Origin: Octopus sinensis | Taxonomy: Eukaryota | Assembly (NCBI RefSeq): GCF_006345805.1 | Contig: NC_042997.1 | Coordinates: 202,926,001 to 202,990,000 of the forward strand | DNA: 64,000 bases | Direction of reading: 5' to 3' | Shown here: positions 37,958-51,209 of the stretch, one piece after another | Layout: every line of letters starts with the position of its first letter | Numbering within the stretch: position 1 is the stretch's first letter | Notes under the pieces: model-generated | What the model was told of the DNA's origin: nothing | Databases searched by the model: none | Seen by the model: only the letters and a program-made list of their open reading frames with translations | Position numbers and translations under genes: made by a program

Positions 37958-38347
37958 TTTACTTGTTTCACTCATTAGACTGTGGCCATACTGGGGCACT
38001 GCCTTGAAAAACGAATTGACCCTAGTTCTTTGTTTTTTTCTTAAAGCCTGGTACTTATTCTTTCGGTCTCTTTTGTTGAGCCACTAAGTTATAGGCATGT
38101 AAATGCAAGACAGTTGTCAAACACACACATACACACACACACACACATACACACACACACATATACACTCACACTCACACACACACACACACACACACGA
38201 TGGGCTTTTTTCAGTTTCTGTCTACCAAATCCATTCACAAGGCTTTGGTTGGCCTGAGGCTATAGTAGAAGGCACTTGCCCAAGGTACCATGCAGTGGGA
38301 CTGAACCTGGAATCATGTGGTTGGGAAGCAAACTGATCACACAACTA
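37958..38347 (-). mobile_element. SINE family C, tail C1, internal (CA)n
   Basis: tttacttgtttcactc...gtggccatactgggg...; (CA)n; tttcagtttctgtctaccaaatcc...gggactgaacc head. Confidence 0.85.
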
Positions 38348-38799
38348 CAGGTTGTTCCAGTACCAAACTCTCTAGATGCTTCACACTCCTGTTGTAAAGT
38401 TTTCCCAACAACTTAATTTTGTGTGCTATTGATAAACATAAATACTTCATTTTTTATTGACATATTTCCGGATGGTCTTTTTTTCTTTGCCAATAAACAC
38501 ACACACACACACACACACACACTATATACTCATTCTTAATTTTGGCTTTTTTATTGTTCTCATTTTAATGTCCTTTGTCTGAAGTCTGTCATCACGCATC
38601 CTGTGACCTCTTCCATGACTCCCATGTGTCTCCTCCTGTCCTGTTCAGTCCATGACCATCCCAAAATATAACAATATCTGTTTCAACACACAATTTCATA
38701 TCAGGTATCTTGCAAAAACAAATACATAAACATAACTTCCTTTTTCACTTTTTCCTATAACCCAGGCCTTTTTCTACAAAGAGGAGAGATATATATGTG

Positions 38800-39012
38800 G
38801 TTTTCCTTGTTTACTCGTTATTTGACTGTGGCCATGCTGGAGCACCGCCTTTAGTCTAGCAAATCGACCCCAGGACTTGTTCTTTGTAAGCCTAGTACTT
38901 ATTCTATTGGTCTCTTTTTGCCGAACTGCTAAGTGACGGGGACATAAACACACCAGCATCGGTTGTCAAGCGATGTTGGGGAGACAAACACAGACGCACA
39001 AACTTATACATG

Positions 39013-39063
<51 letters not shown>

Positions 39064-39225
39064 GACGGACTTCTTTCAGTTTCCGTCTACCAAATCCACT
39101 CACAAGTCTTTGGTCAGCCTGAGGCTATAGTAGCAGACACTTGCCCAAGGTGCTATGCAGTGGGACTGAACCTGGAACCATGTGATTCATAAGCAAGCTA
39201 CTTACCACACAGACACTCCTACACC
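38800..39225 (-). mobile_element. SINE family C, tail C1, internal (TA)n
   Basis: Near-identical to the copies at 41255, 54416 and 56530. Confidence 0.92.
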
Positions 39226-39461
39226 TATAATGTTTCTACATGATGCATTAATTGTAAAGAAATGTCACCATCCTTTTCGGTGGGGAATTTTGTGATCTCG
39301 ATCATTTGTATGCTATGGAAACTGGGTAACCAGCCTTATGAGTCATAGGATTTAAGACAGTAATATACTAGGGTTGATGATGATAACGAATACAAGTATA
39401 TACATATTAAATTGTCAATAAATTCATAACTGTTTGTTGTATTTTTACCAACTGATTTGTG

Positions 39462-39622
39462 TTTGGGCAAAAGCACCCAGTATACTCTGTAAAGTGGTTG
39501 ACATTAAGAAGGGCATCCAACTATAGAAAACATACAAAACAATTGGTGTCTGGTGCAGCTCTCCTGTCAAACCATCCAACCCATGCCAGCATGAAAAACG
39601 GACATTAAATGATGATGATGAT
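39462..39622 (+). mobile_element. Short RTE-type 3' end
   Basis: aaaagcacccagtatactctgtaaagtggttgacattaagaagggcatcc...ggacattaaatgatgatgatg. Confidence 0.8.
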
Positions 39623-41254
39623 AACCATATATCACCAGAAGAGCTGGTCACTCTTCAGAAACTGCAGTGTTTCCTAAATGTCCAAATTTATAACTTGGTC
39701 CCTACAAATGTAGGGACCATTCTCTTGTAACCTCAGAGAATCACTGGCATGGTCCCAAGACCAACCACCTACTGAAGTGTGATCACTACCACCACCCCTT
39801 ACATTTTCTTACACTCTTCCACTTTATTCACTATTGAAGTCATTGTTTCAAACAATATCTTTGCTATTTCATTTTCTGATTTAACTTTTTACAAATGATT
39901 TTAATTTATTGAATTGAATATTTGCAAACATTTCATACTTCAATGGTCAAAAGTATGAAAGCTAATGAATTATATCTTTTAGATTTGTCAAACGTTATGA
40001 AATGATTTTACATTAGAAGCAATAATTTTATTACGTTTTCTGTAATTTCAAATTTTCTGTTTTTCTTTTCTACATTGTCACAAAAATTAATAAGATCATC
40101 ATATAAGAGTCACTTAACATATTAAAAATCTAATGAAAACTTAATTAAGCAATCTAAGTTGTCTAATTTATGGTTTTACTCATTGATATTTATAATAGCT
40201 AGTTTTATATATTTCTTCATACAGTCAACTTGATTCACCTTCAAGCAGCAACAAATTAGCTTTAGGTTAAGTTTGAAAGCAATCAGAAAGGGAACAGGGT
40301 CAATGAGACATAATTAAAAATCTTCAAACTTTTGACAAATGCTTACTTTGTGATACATATGATGACCTTGTATAGTGGCTACCCAAAGCAGAAAGACTGC
40401 ATTCCTAAACTTGGGTTTCTTCAATGTCCAAATTTACCTCAGTTTGCATAGATACTGATACTCTCCACAGTACATGTGCATCACATTTGGAGTACCACTA
40501 ACCTCTCTGTCAAACATTTTAGAATCCACTGGCTAAGCCATCTCTTTGATAGGAAATCTTTCACATAGCTTATTGATGTACCTTTCCTTTTTTTTTTTTT
40601 TTTTTTGCTCTCTCTCTCTATTTGTACAGTTTCTTCTCTGAAGCCCATCTATTTAACTGTCCTCTCCACATCCTTGCTATGTCCTACTCTACAAATCCAG
40701 TACTAAACCTGTTTCCCAATCCTTTCTTCCCGACATGCAACCCTCAGGAGTTCCTTCCCTACTCACACTTCTCCTACAAATATCACCCTAGTGCAATTCA
40801 AGTGGAACATCTGTTGTATTGACATCATTAGTCTTGGAAAGGAAGAGGGTCTAACTGTCACTTCAGAATAAATTAAAAAAGAAAACAAAACAAAACAGGT
40901 AAAGAATAGTATGCTTGCAGTTAGGACTGCAGATAATGGACTGTTCTGGTGATATATAGGAAATAGTAATTACATTTTACTCTAAGCCTTTTCTTACTAT
41001 ATTCCTGTTGAAATGCTCTGTTATTGATCCTGTTAACTTAGCAACAAATGCAGAATTTAGAAGATTTTAATTTAGATCACATTAAAGCGAGAAGTTTGTA
41101 AATAGAAGCAGAAGTGGTCATGGGTGGGTTTGTATAAAAAGCAGCAACACCAATTTTTTTTTGGTGTGTGAAGATGAAGGAAGAATTGCAGTGTGCTCTT
41201 AGAGCAAAGGGTTTCTATTTAGGTCAAGGAGTAGATTGTGATATGCGTGTTCCA

Positions 41255-41464
41255 TTACTCTTTTACTTGTTTCAGTCATTTGACTGTGGCCATGCTGGAG
41301 CACTGCCTTTAGTCAATCACATTGACCCCAGGACTTATTCTTTGTAAGCCTAGTACTTATTCTATTGGTTTCTTTTGCTGAACCGCTAAGTTACAGGGAC
41401 ATAAACACACCAGCATCGGTTGTCAAGCGATGTTGGGGGGACAAACACAGACACACAAACATAT

Positions 41465-41498
<34 letters not shown>

Positions 41499-41499
41499 C

Positions 41500-41537
<38 letters not shown>

Positions 41538-41710
41538 TACATATATACAACGGGCTTCTTTCAGTTTCCGCCTAACAGATCCACTCACAAGCTTTGGTTG
41601 GCCCGAGGCTATAGTAGAAGACACTTACCCAAGGTGCCATGTAGTGGAACTGAACCCGGAACCATGTAGTTCGTAAGCAAGCTACTTACCACACAGCCAC
41701 TCCTACACCT
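41255..41710 (-). mobile_element. SINE family C, tail C1, internal (CA)n(TA)n(CA)n
   Basis: ttactcttttacttgtttcagtcatttgactg...ttaccacacagccactcctacacc. Confidence 0.92.
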
Positions 41711-42247
41711 ATGTAATTTCTAGTTGTAAAACAATTAGTGATGGGCTTGCAGTGACTAGAGTGTTACATTTTATGTTCACTCTGTTGCAATGTACAATAA
41801 TGAACTTGACAGAGAAGTTGACAGGCAAGGAAATAAAGAAAGTGATTACAAGATGGATGGATGGATGTGCCGGAAGGTCATGTAATGTAACTGATTATTT
41901 ACTGTGAAAAATAAATGAGGAGTTTGTCATCATGGCAAAAATTAGGATGAGTTGGTTAATACTAGAAGATGTATGACTTTGCAGAAAGGACGACCACAGT
42001 GAATTCAGTGAAATATGCTACTGTGTAAAGGTACCAAATTCAGTTAAAATCTTCATATTCCATACAAATGTTTGCTCTTATAACCTGACTATCACATAGT
42101 ATGTATTCACATAATTTCACATAAACTATGAATCTTAAAGGCTGATTTTCTTTTCCAAAGATATAAATATGCTTTACGCCATATTAATAGTAAAATACTT
42201 AGATGATGGAGCTTATTACAAAATTAAACATTTGAACTAAAATATAG

Positions 42248-42640
42248 CCAGGTATGACTGTGTAGTTAAAAGGCTTGATTCCCAACCACATGGACTCAGG
42301 TTCAGTCCTGCTGTGCAGCATCTTGGGAAAGTGTCTTCTACTATAGCCCCCAGGATGACCAAAGCCTTTTGAGTGGATTTGGTGGATGGAAAATGAAAGA
42401 AGTTCATTACATGTATGTGTGCCCTTGTCTTGGCATCATGTAATGGTTGTAAATGAGCATCATTGTTATACAAGCAATGTTGTTTGTTTCTAGTCTTCTA
42501 TGGATTACCTTGCTTGGAAACAGGTGATGGTTAGTTACAGAAGTGACATCCAGCCATAGAAAATCTGCCTCAACAAATTCTGTCTGACCCATGCCAGCAT
42601 AGAAAAGTGGATGTTAAATAGTAATAATGGTTATGATGGT
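42248..42640 (+). mobile_element. SINE family C, tail C2
   Basis: Head ggttcagtcctgctg...gggaaagtgtcttctactatagcc; tail catccagccatagaaaatctgcc...ccatgccagcatagaaaagtggatgttaaa. Confidence 0.85.
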
Positions 42641-44149
42641 GGCTTCATTGACAAGTTTTTATTGACAACACTTTACAACCACTTGCTTACATTGAACTCT
42701 GCCTGCTCTTTGTGTCTTCTTCCATTTCTACTTAGTTTTTGGTGTTCTTAACTTGACAGACTCTAAAGCTCCCTGTCCCATCACCTTTTCCATCCAACCC
42801 TCTTGTCACCCTCACTACTCTCCCAGAGATCTCTTTACTCCTAGAAAAATATCTCTCTTCCTGCTTTTCTTTTTTTTTTGTTTTGTAAACTTCATTCACT
42901 AAACTACATTGAAACTAATTAATCATAACTAAATAAATGAAATAAGCACCTATTTCTCAGCTTAGTGGGGACTGAAAATACTCTCGTCGGAAGCTTTTAC
43001 ATATTTGCTTGATATGCTGGAAATAGCCTTCTATTCCCTATTTATTGAATCACTTTATCCTATCTTTAAAAAAAAGTAAGGCATGCTGGATGATGCAGTT
43101 TGAGACGAACTATCTGTAACGATAGAGATGGTCATGATTGGAATGTCTGTTCATTCACATTTGACCTTGGGCTAAAACAGCTACAACTTCTAATTTTTCT
43201 TAATATAAATTTGAGTGATGCTTCTCTGTCCGTTATGCTTTTATGTTTAACTTCTCCTAGGCTGTTGGTGCAAGGACAATGAAACTCAAGCCAGCAACTC
43301 CCCTAATCCCAGGGAATGTCCTAAGAGGGGTGTCTATTTTTTTAAGGGCTGCCTAATTGGGGTCCTAATGACCCCACTATTTTTACTGCATTTTAAACTA
43401 AATACATGGCATTGGCGACCAAGTTGGAGCAATGACAATAAATTTCATACCATGAACTCCCAGGGAGTATCGTAAGGAGGTTCAGTTTCTGGAGGGTCGC
43501 TTAAATAGGTCTCCACTGAGCCCCCTATTTTTACTGCATTTACCTCACTCCTACGCTTATTGATTAAACTATGATCAGCATCAGTGCTTAGCACATTTGC
43601 AGAAATAAGCTTCATTACACAAAGGCAGAGGGCCACAAAGCAGCCTGATAAAGGTGCCCTCTGCAGGAGCTAGCCTGAATGCCATCCGAAGGACAGCTTC
43701 AAGGCTAGTAAAAATAAAATAAGTTGTTTTAGTCATTAAGAGCAGACATTAGCATTTTTATCAAATGTTATGATAATTCTCTTTCTCAATTATTCGTCAG
43801 ATAATTTTCTTTCTCAAATTATTTTTCGACTGTCAGGTTAAATTACCGAGGTCACATGTAAATATACACAGCTGTGAAATTAGGTTGCCTGTTTCTGTTC
43901 TCATTTTATATGACTTTGTACATCTTACTAGTCTTTAAATTGTAACTTTTGCAAAGGATGTGAAAAGTATTTAAAAAGATAAATTAATGATTGATCAATG
44001 ATATTTGAAATTATTCCCCTACTCTGCACTGAGGTAAGGCTATAACTAAATACTTAAAGAAAAAAAATAATATACTAAATTATTTGTAAATATTTTAAAA
44101 TCTGGTTTGCCTTTACTGTTAATAGTGTCATTTTGTAATTAATTCGATG

Positions 44150-44511
44150 CCATCATAATTTAATGTCCACTTGTCAATGTTTGCATTGGATCAGATGGAA
44201 TCTGTTGAGACAGATTTTCTTTGACCTGACACTCTCCCTATTGCCCACCCTCACCTGTTTCCAAACAAGGTAATATTTCCTTGCATGTTTTTTGCAGAGG
44301 ACTGGAATCAAGGTAGTGCATGATATTAAAGCAAGACATACACAAACACGAACACACATGATGGGTTTCTTTCAGTTTCTGCCTACCAAATCCACCCACA
44401 AGGCTTTGGTCAGCCTGGGGCTATAGTAGAAGACACTTGCCCAATGTGCTATACAGTAAGACTGAACCAGAACTGTATGGTTAAGAAACAGGCTTTTTAC
44501 CACACAGCCAC
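44150..44511 (-). mobile_element. SINE family C, tail C2
   Basis: Reverse complement of the 42248 copy; ends ttaccacacagcca. Confidence 0.85.
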
Positions 44512-45124
44512 AAGAATTGATAAATGTAATAGGATTTAGGTTTTAGTGAAGTAAGATGATAATTGTAGTTAGTTTTTCACTTACCCTATTATTTCTCCTG
44601 AGTTATGTCACATCTCGTTTCTTGTACTTACGTAGAAATTTAATACTATTCACACTATTCTACATCTAAAGAATAATTTCAAAAAGAATTCATTCATCTT
44701 GCCAAATTAATTTGTTTTCTGGAAGAGTTCAATAAATTCAAATTACTTTTGTATTAAAAAAAACCCCAGTTCTTTAAATATTGTAATTAATTTTTTTTCA
44801 CTTCTTAAGATTCTGTGGTAGATAAAGCTCATTTGATTTCAAAAGTCAATTAAAATGTAAATCTTCAGAATTCTCATTAGAGATTTGAATTTTTTCGTGA
44901 TAATGATGGTGGGATTTGTGCAGGGTATAAAATAGAAAGATTTTTTGCTAAAACGCACGCACATACACACTGTAGATAAATAACCTGGTATATAGATATA
45001 CACAACACACTAATTTAAGAATTAATACAAAATTGCATTCAGCTGTAAATTGACCATCTAAGTTCAGTAGCTGAAATAATTATATTCCTTAATTAATTAT
45101 ATTTCTTTTTTATTTTATTTTCAG

Positions 45125-45165
45125 CTATTAGTAAAGAAGAAACTATTCATGAAAGTGATCATGAG
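45125..45165 (+). CDS. CDK14: Internal coding exon (41 nt, phase 1-0) of CDK14: (T)ISKEETIHESDHE
   Basis: Long T-rich tract tttcttttttattttattttcag|CT and donor GAG|gtattt. Joining TTG A + CT ATT AGT AAA GAA GAA gives FGRL-TISKEET, continuing the recalled CDK14 motif (human FSRI-ALKKDDT; insect FGRL-SISKEE). Confidence 0.8.
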
Positions 45166-48100
45166 GTATTTTCCTTTTTTTCTTTTTATCATTTAAAATG
45201 AACTAAAAACTGGTTATGATGTTAAAGCAATTCATACATTTTCTAAATGTATTTCCTATTAGTCAACAAACACATAAATTGAAATAAAATTTATGTAAAA
45301 ATAAGAAATTAATGAGGAGCTCACCTCATTTAATCTTTTTTTTTCCTTCTTTGTTTCCAGTGAGATTTAGAGTTCAACTTAGTCTATCCACTGACTTTTG
45401 CAATAATCACATAGAATGTATTACACTAGTTTATATAGTTATGAATACACATAAAGAGACTGTTTTTTTGTATTTATTTAAATACAAATCTATATTAAAT
45501 AGCAAAAACAATAGAAATAGTACTACTGTTACTCATTTAATTCTTGCTGTCATTAATATTCTCTAAAAATTAATACAAGTAAATTCTTCGGTTTTTCTTA
45601 TATGCTGAGGAGAAGCTGATGATAATCTTTGTAATTCCAGTATCTGTTCCAGAATTTTTTCTAGTAACAGCTAAAATTTTTTCTCCTCACCAAAGTAATA
45701 TGTTCTTTGTGTTCTCTAGATGAGATGTTGATAAAAAAAAAAGAGCCTAACATATAGGTGGTACTTTCCTCAAAATACAGAGCTATTTTTAATTTTTTAA
45801 AATTTATCTCTCATAAGTATATTATTGATTAAATGACTAAACTGTAGTTTCAATGTGGTTAAGTAAATATTGCTGTTTTTGCAAGCAGTTTGGTAATAAG
45901 CGGCAGACTAATTGATGTTGAATCTTCTCTTCTGATTGGTTCAGCAATGGCCATTGACAGTCAATGTGTATATTCTAGTTATTAACCTCAGTGTCAGCCA
46001 TAAACATTCTGATGGGTATTCTCCATGGAAATGATGGTGTCTTCCTTGAAATGGTTTTACGTTTTCATTATTTTTTCTTTGAAGAATGGATGCAACAAGA
46101 TATCATATGAGTAACTTTTTCTGGTTTTCCAGGTCTTTGTGTATGATGTTCTCAAAATTTCAGGTTCATGGAACTTTGTCTTATTTTCAGCATTCTTTGC
46201 CATTTAGTTTATAATATTTTCATTGAGTCACACTTTCAGCCTAACTGTTGGAATTGTAGTAAATCACAGCTGTTTTTGGTGGTTTTCTTTCTTCTTTTCT
46301 CGTCATCCTCTTTTCAGTGTGAGTATAAGAGTATCTCATTTGAGGGTCAAAAGATGGATTAATTCTCATCCAAACTCACTGAATTAGAAATATAAGCCCT
46401 ATTTTGTTATTTCTTTTGATGATTTTCTGCTTTTACACAGTATTTTTAAAATAAATTTGGTCAAATCTTGGATTTTGTTAAAACTGAAAAATATCTTATT
46501 TAACTCCTGACTTAAATTTTGAATAATCATATATCAGGGCACTTTTTGAAAAGAAGCATAATGGCTAGGTTGCGATATAGAAGCTGTTAACTGTTATCCA
46601 GCTTATGTCATTCACTATGTTAATGAGCATTTATATATTTTATGGCATTATTCTCATTAATGTTAACTCCCACTCGGCTTAACATAATTTTTAAACTGCA
46701 GATACAGTGACCAAATTTTCTCTTTTTATATTCCAAAATGCTGAAACACTTATTGTCCATTCATTTGTTCATTATTTTAACGTCCAGTTTCCCATGTTAG
46801 CAAGGGCTAGGTGGGAAGTTATTTGAAGCAGGAATTTGCAGCCAGATACTCTTTGTCATCAAGCCTTACCTGTCATTTAAGTAAGGGGCTTTTTCTTGTG
46901 TCAGTTGTCTTCAAAAGTGCAGAGCCACTGATCATAACGTCAGTGAGAATCTCAATTTCATCATCATCCCACTTGGGAATGATCAGGCATAGAATATCAA
47001 CATCCATGCACATTTATGTGTGCATGCACCCACTTACCCACATGCTCACACACACATACACATACATAAGCTTTGTGTAGCCTTTACTAACCAAATTCAC
47101 TCAGAAGGTTTTTGTTAGCCTGGGGCTAAAGTACCATGCAGTGGGACTGAGCCAGAAACCAGTGGTTGTGAAATGAGCTTAACCATTGAGCCATAAACTA
47201 TTGCAGTTACTCACATCACTTAATATGAATATTTAAATATAACCTATTGTTTAATTCTATTTAACCTTGTTCTAAAATAATTTGGCAATGTGTTCATGAC
47301 CCCTTGAGAGAAAGTATAGGTCTGGCAACTGAATGACCAGGATTTCAATTTTGTTGGGTTTTCATTTACCTTTGATGCAATTTGAACCATGATATTGACT
47401 TTATGCAAGAGCCAATATATAGAAATCTGTCAATACCTAGAATATATGACAATAAATATTTGAGAAAATTTATGTAAGTTATCATTGGAGCATATGAATT
47501 AATCTATCCTGTACAAGGATATACATTTAGCTCTGATGTTCTATAGCATTTAGAAAGAACGTGTGTGTGACATCTGAAGGATTGCCTTTTCAACCGACTT
47601 AGTTTTCATTTAGCTTTGATATTGATATATATTCTCTGTGGTTTCATAAATTTTCTCAAATACTTATGGCCAACTTTATAACTAAAGATGATTTCTTCTT
47701 GATATTGACTGGTATTGTATACTCTTACTTGGATAGTATGTGTGTTTCTGAGACCTTAATAGGCTGGGACTGTCAATCTGGCAATCCTCAGACTCACTTG
47801 TTCTCTCCAGGTGTTATAGCCATAAAATGTTTTTTAGCAGTTAATGATGATGATGATACTTATACTGCTATACTGGCCATTAGGGATGGAAACTACCCTG
47901 CATTACCAGATTAGTTGAAGGTGTGGCTGCTATGACATCTCAGTAACTATCCTTGATGGATCTGTAGACTGCCTTGCCTTTATGTCTTTAATTGCCAAAC
48001 TAACCATTGTTGGTTCCACTGTATTTTCACTGGCCTACTCATATTCTTCAGTCAGCAATCTCTTACAGTGACACTTTCATGATATTATTTTTCTTTACAT

Positions 48101-48319
48101 TTCTACTAAGGACAAGTGCACTAGTATTATTTCAGTAACACATCTCTCCATTGGAATGCAATACAGAAAGCTGTTTTGTCCTATATCCTTACAGTGCTAA
48201 ACATTGACAGATGATCTCTACTCTCTGCTTCATTTTTGGCTAAAACACCAGACATCTTGTTTTCTCTCTGTGTACTATATATTTCCCTCATATATGTTAT
48301 ATATATATATATATACACA

Positions 48320-51209
48320 CAGGCAAACCTCAACTTAAGCCATTTCAATTTAAGTTTGTTTTCAATTATACGTTGGTTTTAAAAAATAATAGATGGCAAA
48401 ATAAAAATCAAGTTAAGTAAAATGACTTAAACTTTACATCTGTCCGCCACAAATATTGGGATTATAAAATCACTAGAAAACCATTAAAAGTACATAAAAT
48501 CATGTTACTGTACAATAAATAAGAATAAAAGCATATGAAATCATATTAAAATATGTATAGTAAATGTTAAGATACACACCATAAAGTGGTGTAGCTTAGT
48601 GAACAAAATCATGAAATCAGCTGTGTTGTCTTATTTATTAGTCTTTTAGAGTTCATATTCCACTGTAGTTCCAATATCTACCGTTAGGCACTGTTGTTAC
48701 TTGTAATTCCCACAATTGTTTTGAATTCAGATTTGTTTACATCTGTTTATCGGCTGCTTTCTCATTCTCATTCATTTGTGACCTTATTTTTTGCTCTCAT
48801 GACTCCTAAGAAAATTCATAGTGAAAGTGCTAAGTGTCATGCTATAACACTGGAAGATAAACTGGCTATGATAAAACACCGTGAAAAAGGTGAAAAAGTA
48901 GTAGCAATTGCACAATCTTTTGGGATGAATTGGACAACTGTATCGACGATTGCACATAATAAGGACACAATTTTAGCATATATCAAATGTGAAGAACACT
49001 GTCATCAATAAGAAAATAGGCAAAATCTTTGAAGAAATGGAAAATTTGAACCATGATATTGACTTTATGCAAGAGCCAATATATAGAAATCTGTCAATAC
49101 CTAGAATATATGACAATAAATATTTGAGAAAATTTATGTAAGTTATCATTGGAGCATATGAATTAATCTATCCTGTACAAGGATATACATTTGGATTGTT
49201 AAGTTGAATCGTCAGCATGCTACTATTATAGAAATCATTCAAGAGAAAGTGTTGTCTTTGTTTGAGGACCTGAAGAAAAAATATCCAGATGAGAAAGATG
49301 TAGAGTTCAAAGCAAGTCAAAGATGGTTCATGAGATTTAAGGAGCAAAGAAGTTATCACTCCATTAAGAAGCAAGGTGAAAGTGCATCAGCTGACAAACA
49401 AGCAGTAGTGGAATTTCCTAATGCATTAAAGAAAATCATTGAAGAAAACGGGTTTCCTCCCAAACAGATTTTTAACGTAGATAAAACTAAATTGTAATGG
49501 AAAAAATTGCCAGAACATCCATTCATTTCCAAGAGGAGAAAACTATTCCAGGCTACAAGGTCTCAAAAGAACATGTGACTTTTATGTTGGGAGGTAATTG
49601 TGCAGGAGATTTTAAGTTAAAGCCATTGCTTGTGTATCATGCACACAACCCTTATGTCCTGAAGAACATACCCCAAGGCTAATTCAAAAGCATGGGTTAC
49701 TGTTGTTGTTTTTGAAGATTGGTTCTTCAGTCATTTTTATCCCAGTGGCAGAGAAGTATTGTAAGGAGAAGGGAATTCCTTTTAAGGTTTTACTTATCTT
49801 AGATAATGCTCCTGGCCACCTGCAAAACATCATAGATTTTGACCCCAATGTTACCATCGTATACCTCCCTCTGAACACCACATCTCTTCTGCAGCCAATG
49901 GATTAAAGAATAATTGCTATCTTCAAGTGTTACTATATGAATCGTATGCTGTGGCAAGCAATAGCTGCAACTGATCTTGATGAGTCCATCACACTTCATG
50001 ATTTTTGGAAGAGATACGATATCTACAAGGGGCTGTACAGAGTATAGCAGCAGCATGGAATGATGTACAGAGCACGGCTATGAATGGTATATGGAAGAAG
50101 CTTTGCCTGCAATTTGCGAATAATTTTAAGGGGTTTGATAATGTTGCCATCAACAAAACGTTGGTGACTATGAGCAAAGAACTGGAAATGGATTTGGAGG
50201 AGGAGGATTTCACAGATTTATTTGAAAAAGACAAGCAGCCCCTGATGAACAAGAATTTGAAAGAGCTTCATGAGCAGCAAGATAAAGAAGAAGAGGAAGT
50301 CAAACCTGAGCCACATCACTTCACCATTAAGGAAATGTAGCAAGCATTTGCATATATTGAAAAAAAGTCTTTCTATGTTTGAGGATATGGATCCAAATGC
50401 TCAGTACTTTCCAAGATTATGGGGGTTTGTAATAAAGCTTTTGCTCCTTATAATGTAATCCTTGAGGAAAAGAAGACAGTTCAAAGAACTTTAAACTGGT
50501 TTTTTAAGCGCATTGAACAAAAAGAACAGCCAGAATCAGTTATTGATGTTAACAATTCTCAGCCATCTACATCCGCAATGTAAACCACTAAATTGTATGT
50601 ATGTATTGGCAAATTTAAAATTATTAAATTTTTTTTTTACTATTGCAAAATAATAATAATTACTGAATTTGTTTTTTAAGCTTAAAAAAGGTTTTTATTT
50701 TACCATATATTATTGCAAACCACATTCATAAATACAGCGTCCGTGATGTACGATAAACACTGCCAAAGTATATTCGTAAATTTAGATTTTTTTTTTTTTA
50801 CTATACTGTATTAAAAAATAAAAATTATTTGTTTGTGAGCTTAAAATAGGTTTTTATTCACCATCTATTATTGAAAATGCATTCATAAATAAAGTACAGA
50901 ACTGGGAATGGTTATTATTGGTTTAGCCTAGAGACAAATAAATTCAGCCTAGGCAAGCCTTGAGACAATTTAATTTGACTTAAGTTGTGTCTCTTGGAAC
51001 CTCGGTTTTCAAACAACTCTGATCATGAATAAATCGTACTTTATCTCTTGTCTTTCTCATATTCATTTAATACCTTGGTTACGAGTGCCTCTGATCACGA
51101 ATAAATCATGCTTTATATCTATTTATCTATAAATACATACATATATACAAAGCACGATTTATTCGAGATCAGAGTTGTTAAAAAACTGAGGTACTACTGT
51201 ATATGCCTG
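48320..51209 (+). mobile_element. Near full-length, dead Tigger/pogo DNA transposon (transposase pseudogene ~48799-50583)
   Basis: Left end CAGGCAAACCTCAACTTAAG; right-end remnants cttaagttg (50979) and tgcctg (51204-51209). Peptides: AITLEDKLAMIK..EKGEKVVAIAQSFGMNWTTVSTI (psq HTH), FKASQRWFMRFK (CENP-B HTH), IFNVDKT, LLILDNAPGH, LLQPMD (DDD triad). Multiple stops and frameshifts. Confidence 0.92.
50998..51199. mobile_element. Tc1/pogo-type MITE with ~45-bp imperfect TIRs
   Basis: cctcggttttcaaacaactctgatcatgaataaatcgtacttt versus aaagcacgatttattcgagatcagagttgttaaaaaactgaggtactactg|TA. Confidence 0.75.

Noticed and set aside
45900-46400. Purine-rich minus-strand segment as a piggyBac-like transposase remnant (KPPKTAVIYYN)
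   Set aside because: Only one weak motif and no flanking conserved residues.
48799-50583. Domesticated TIGD/CENP-B-like host gene
   Set aside because: Multiple stops and frameshifts, a disrupting 150-bp insertion, and retained TIRs.
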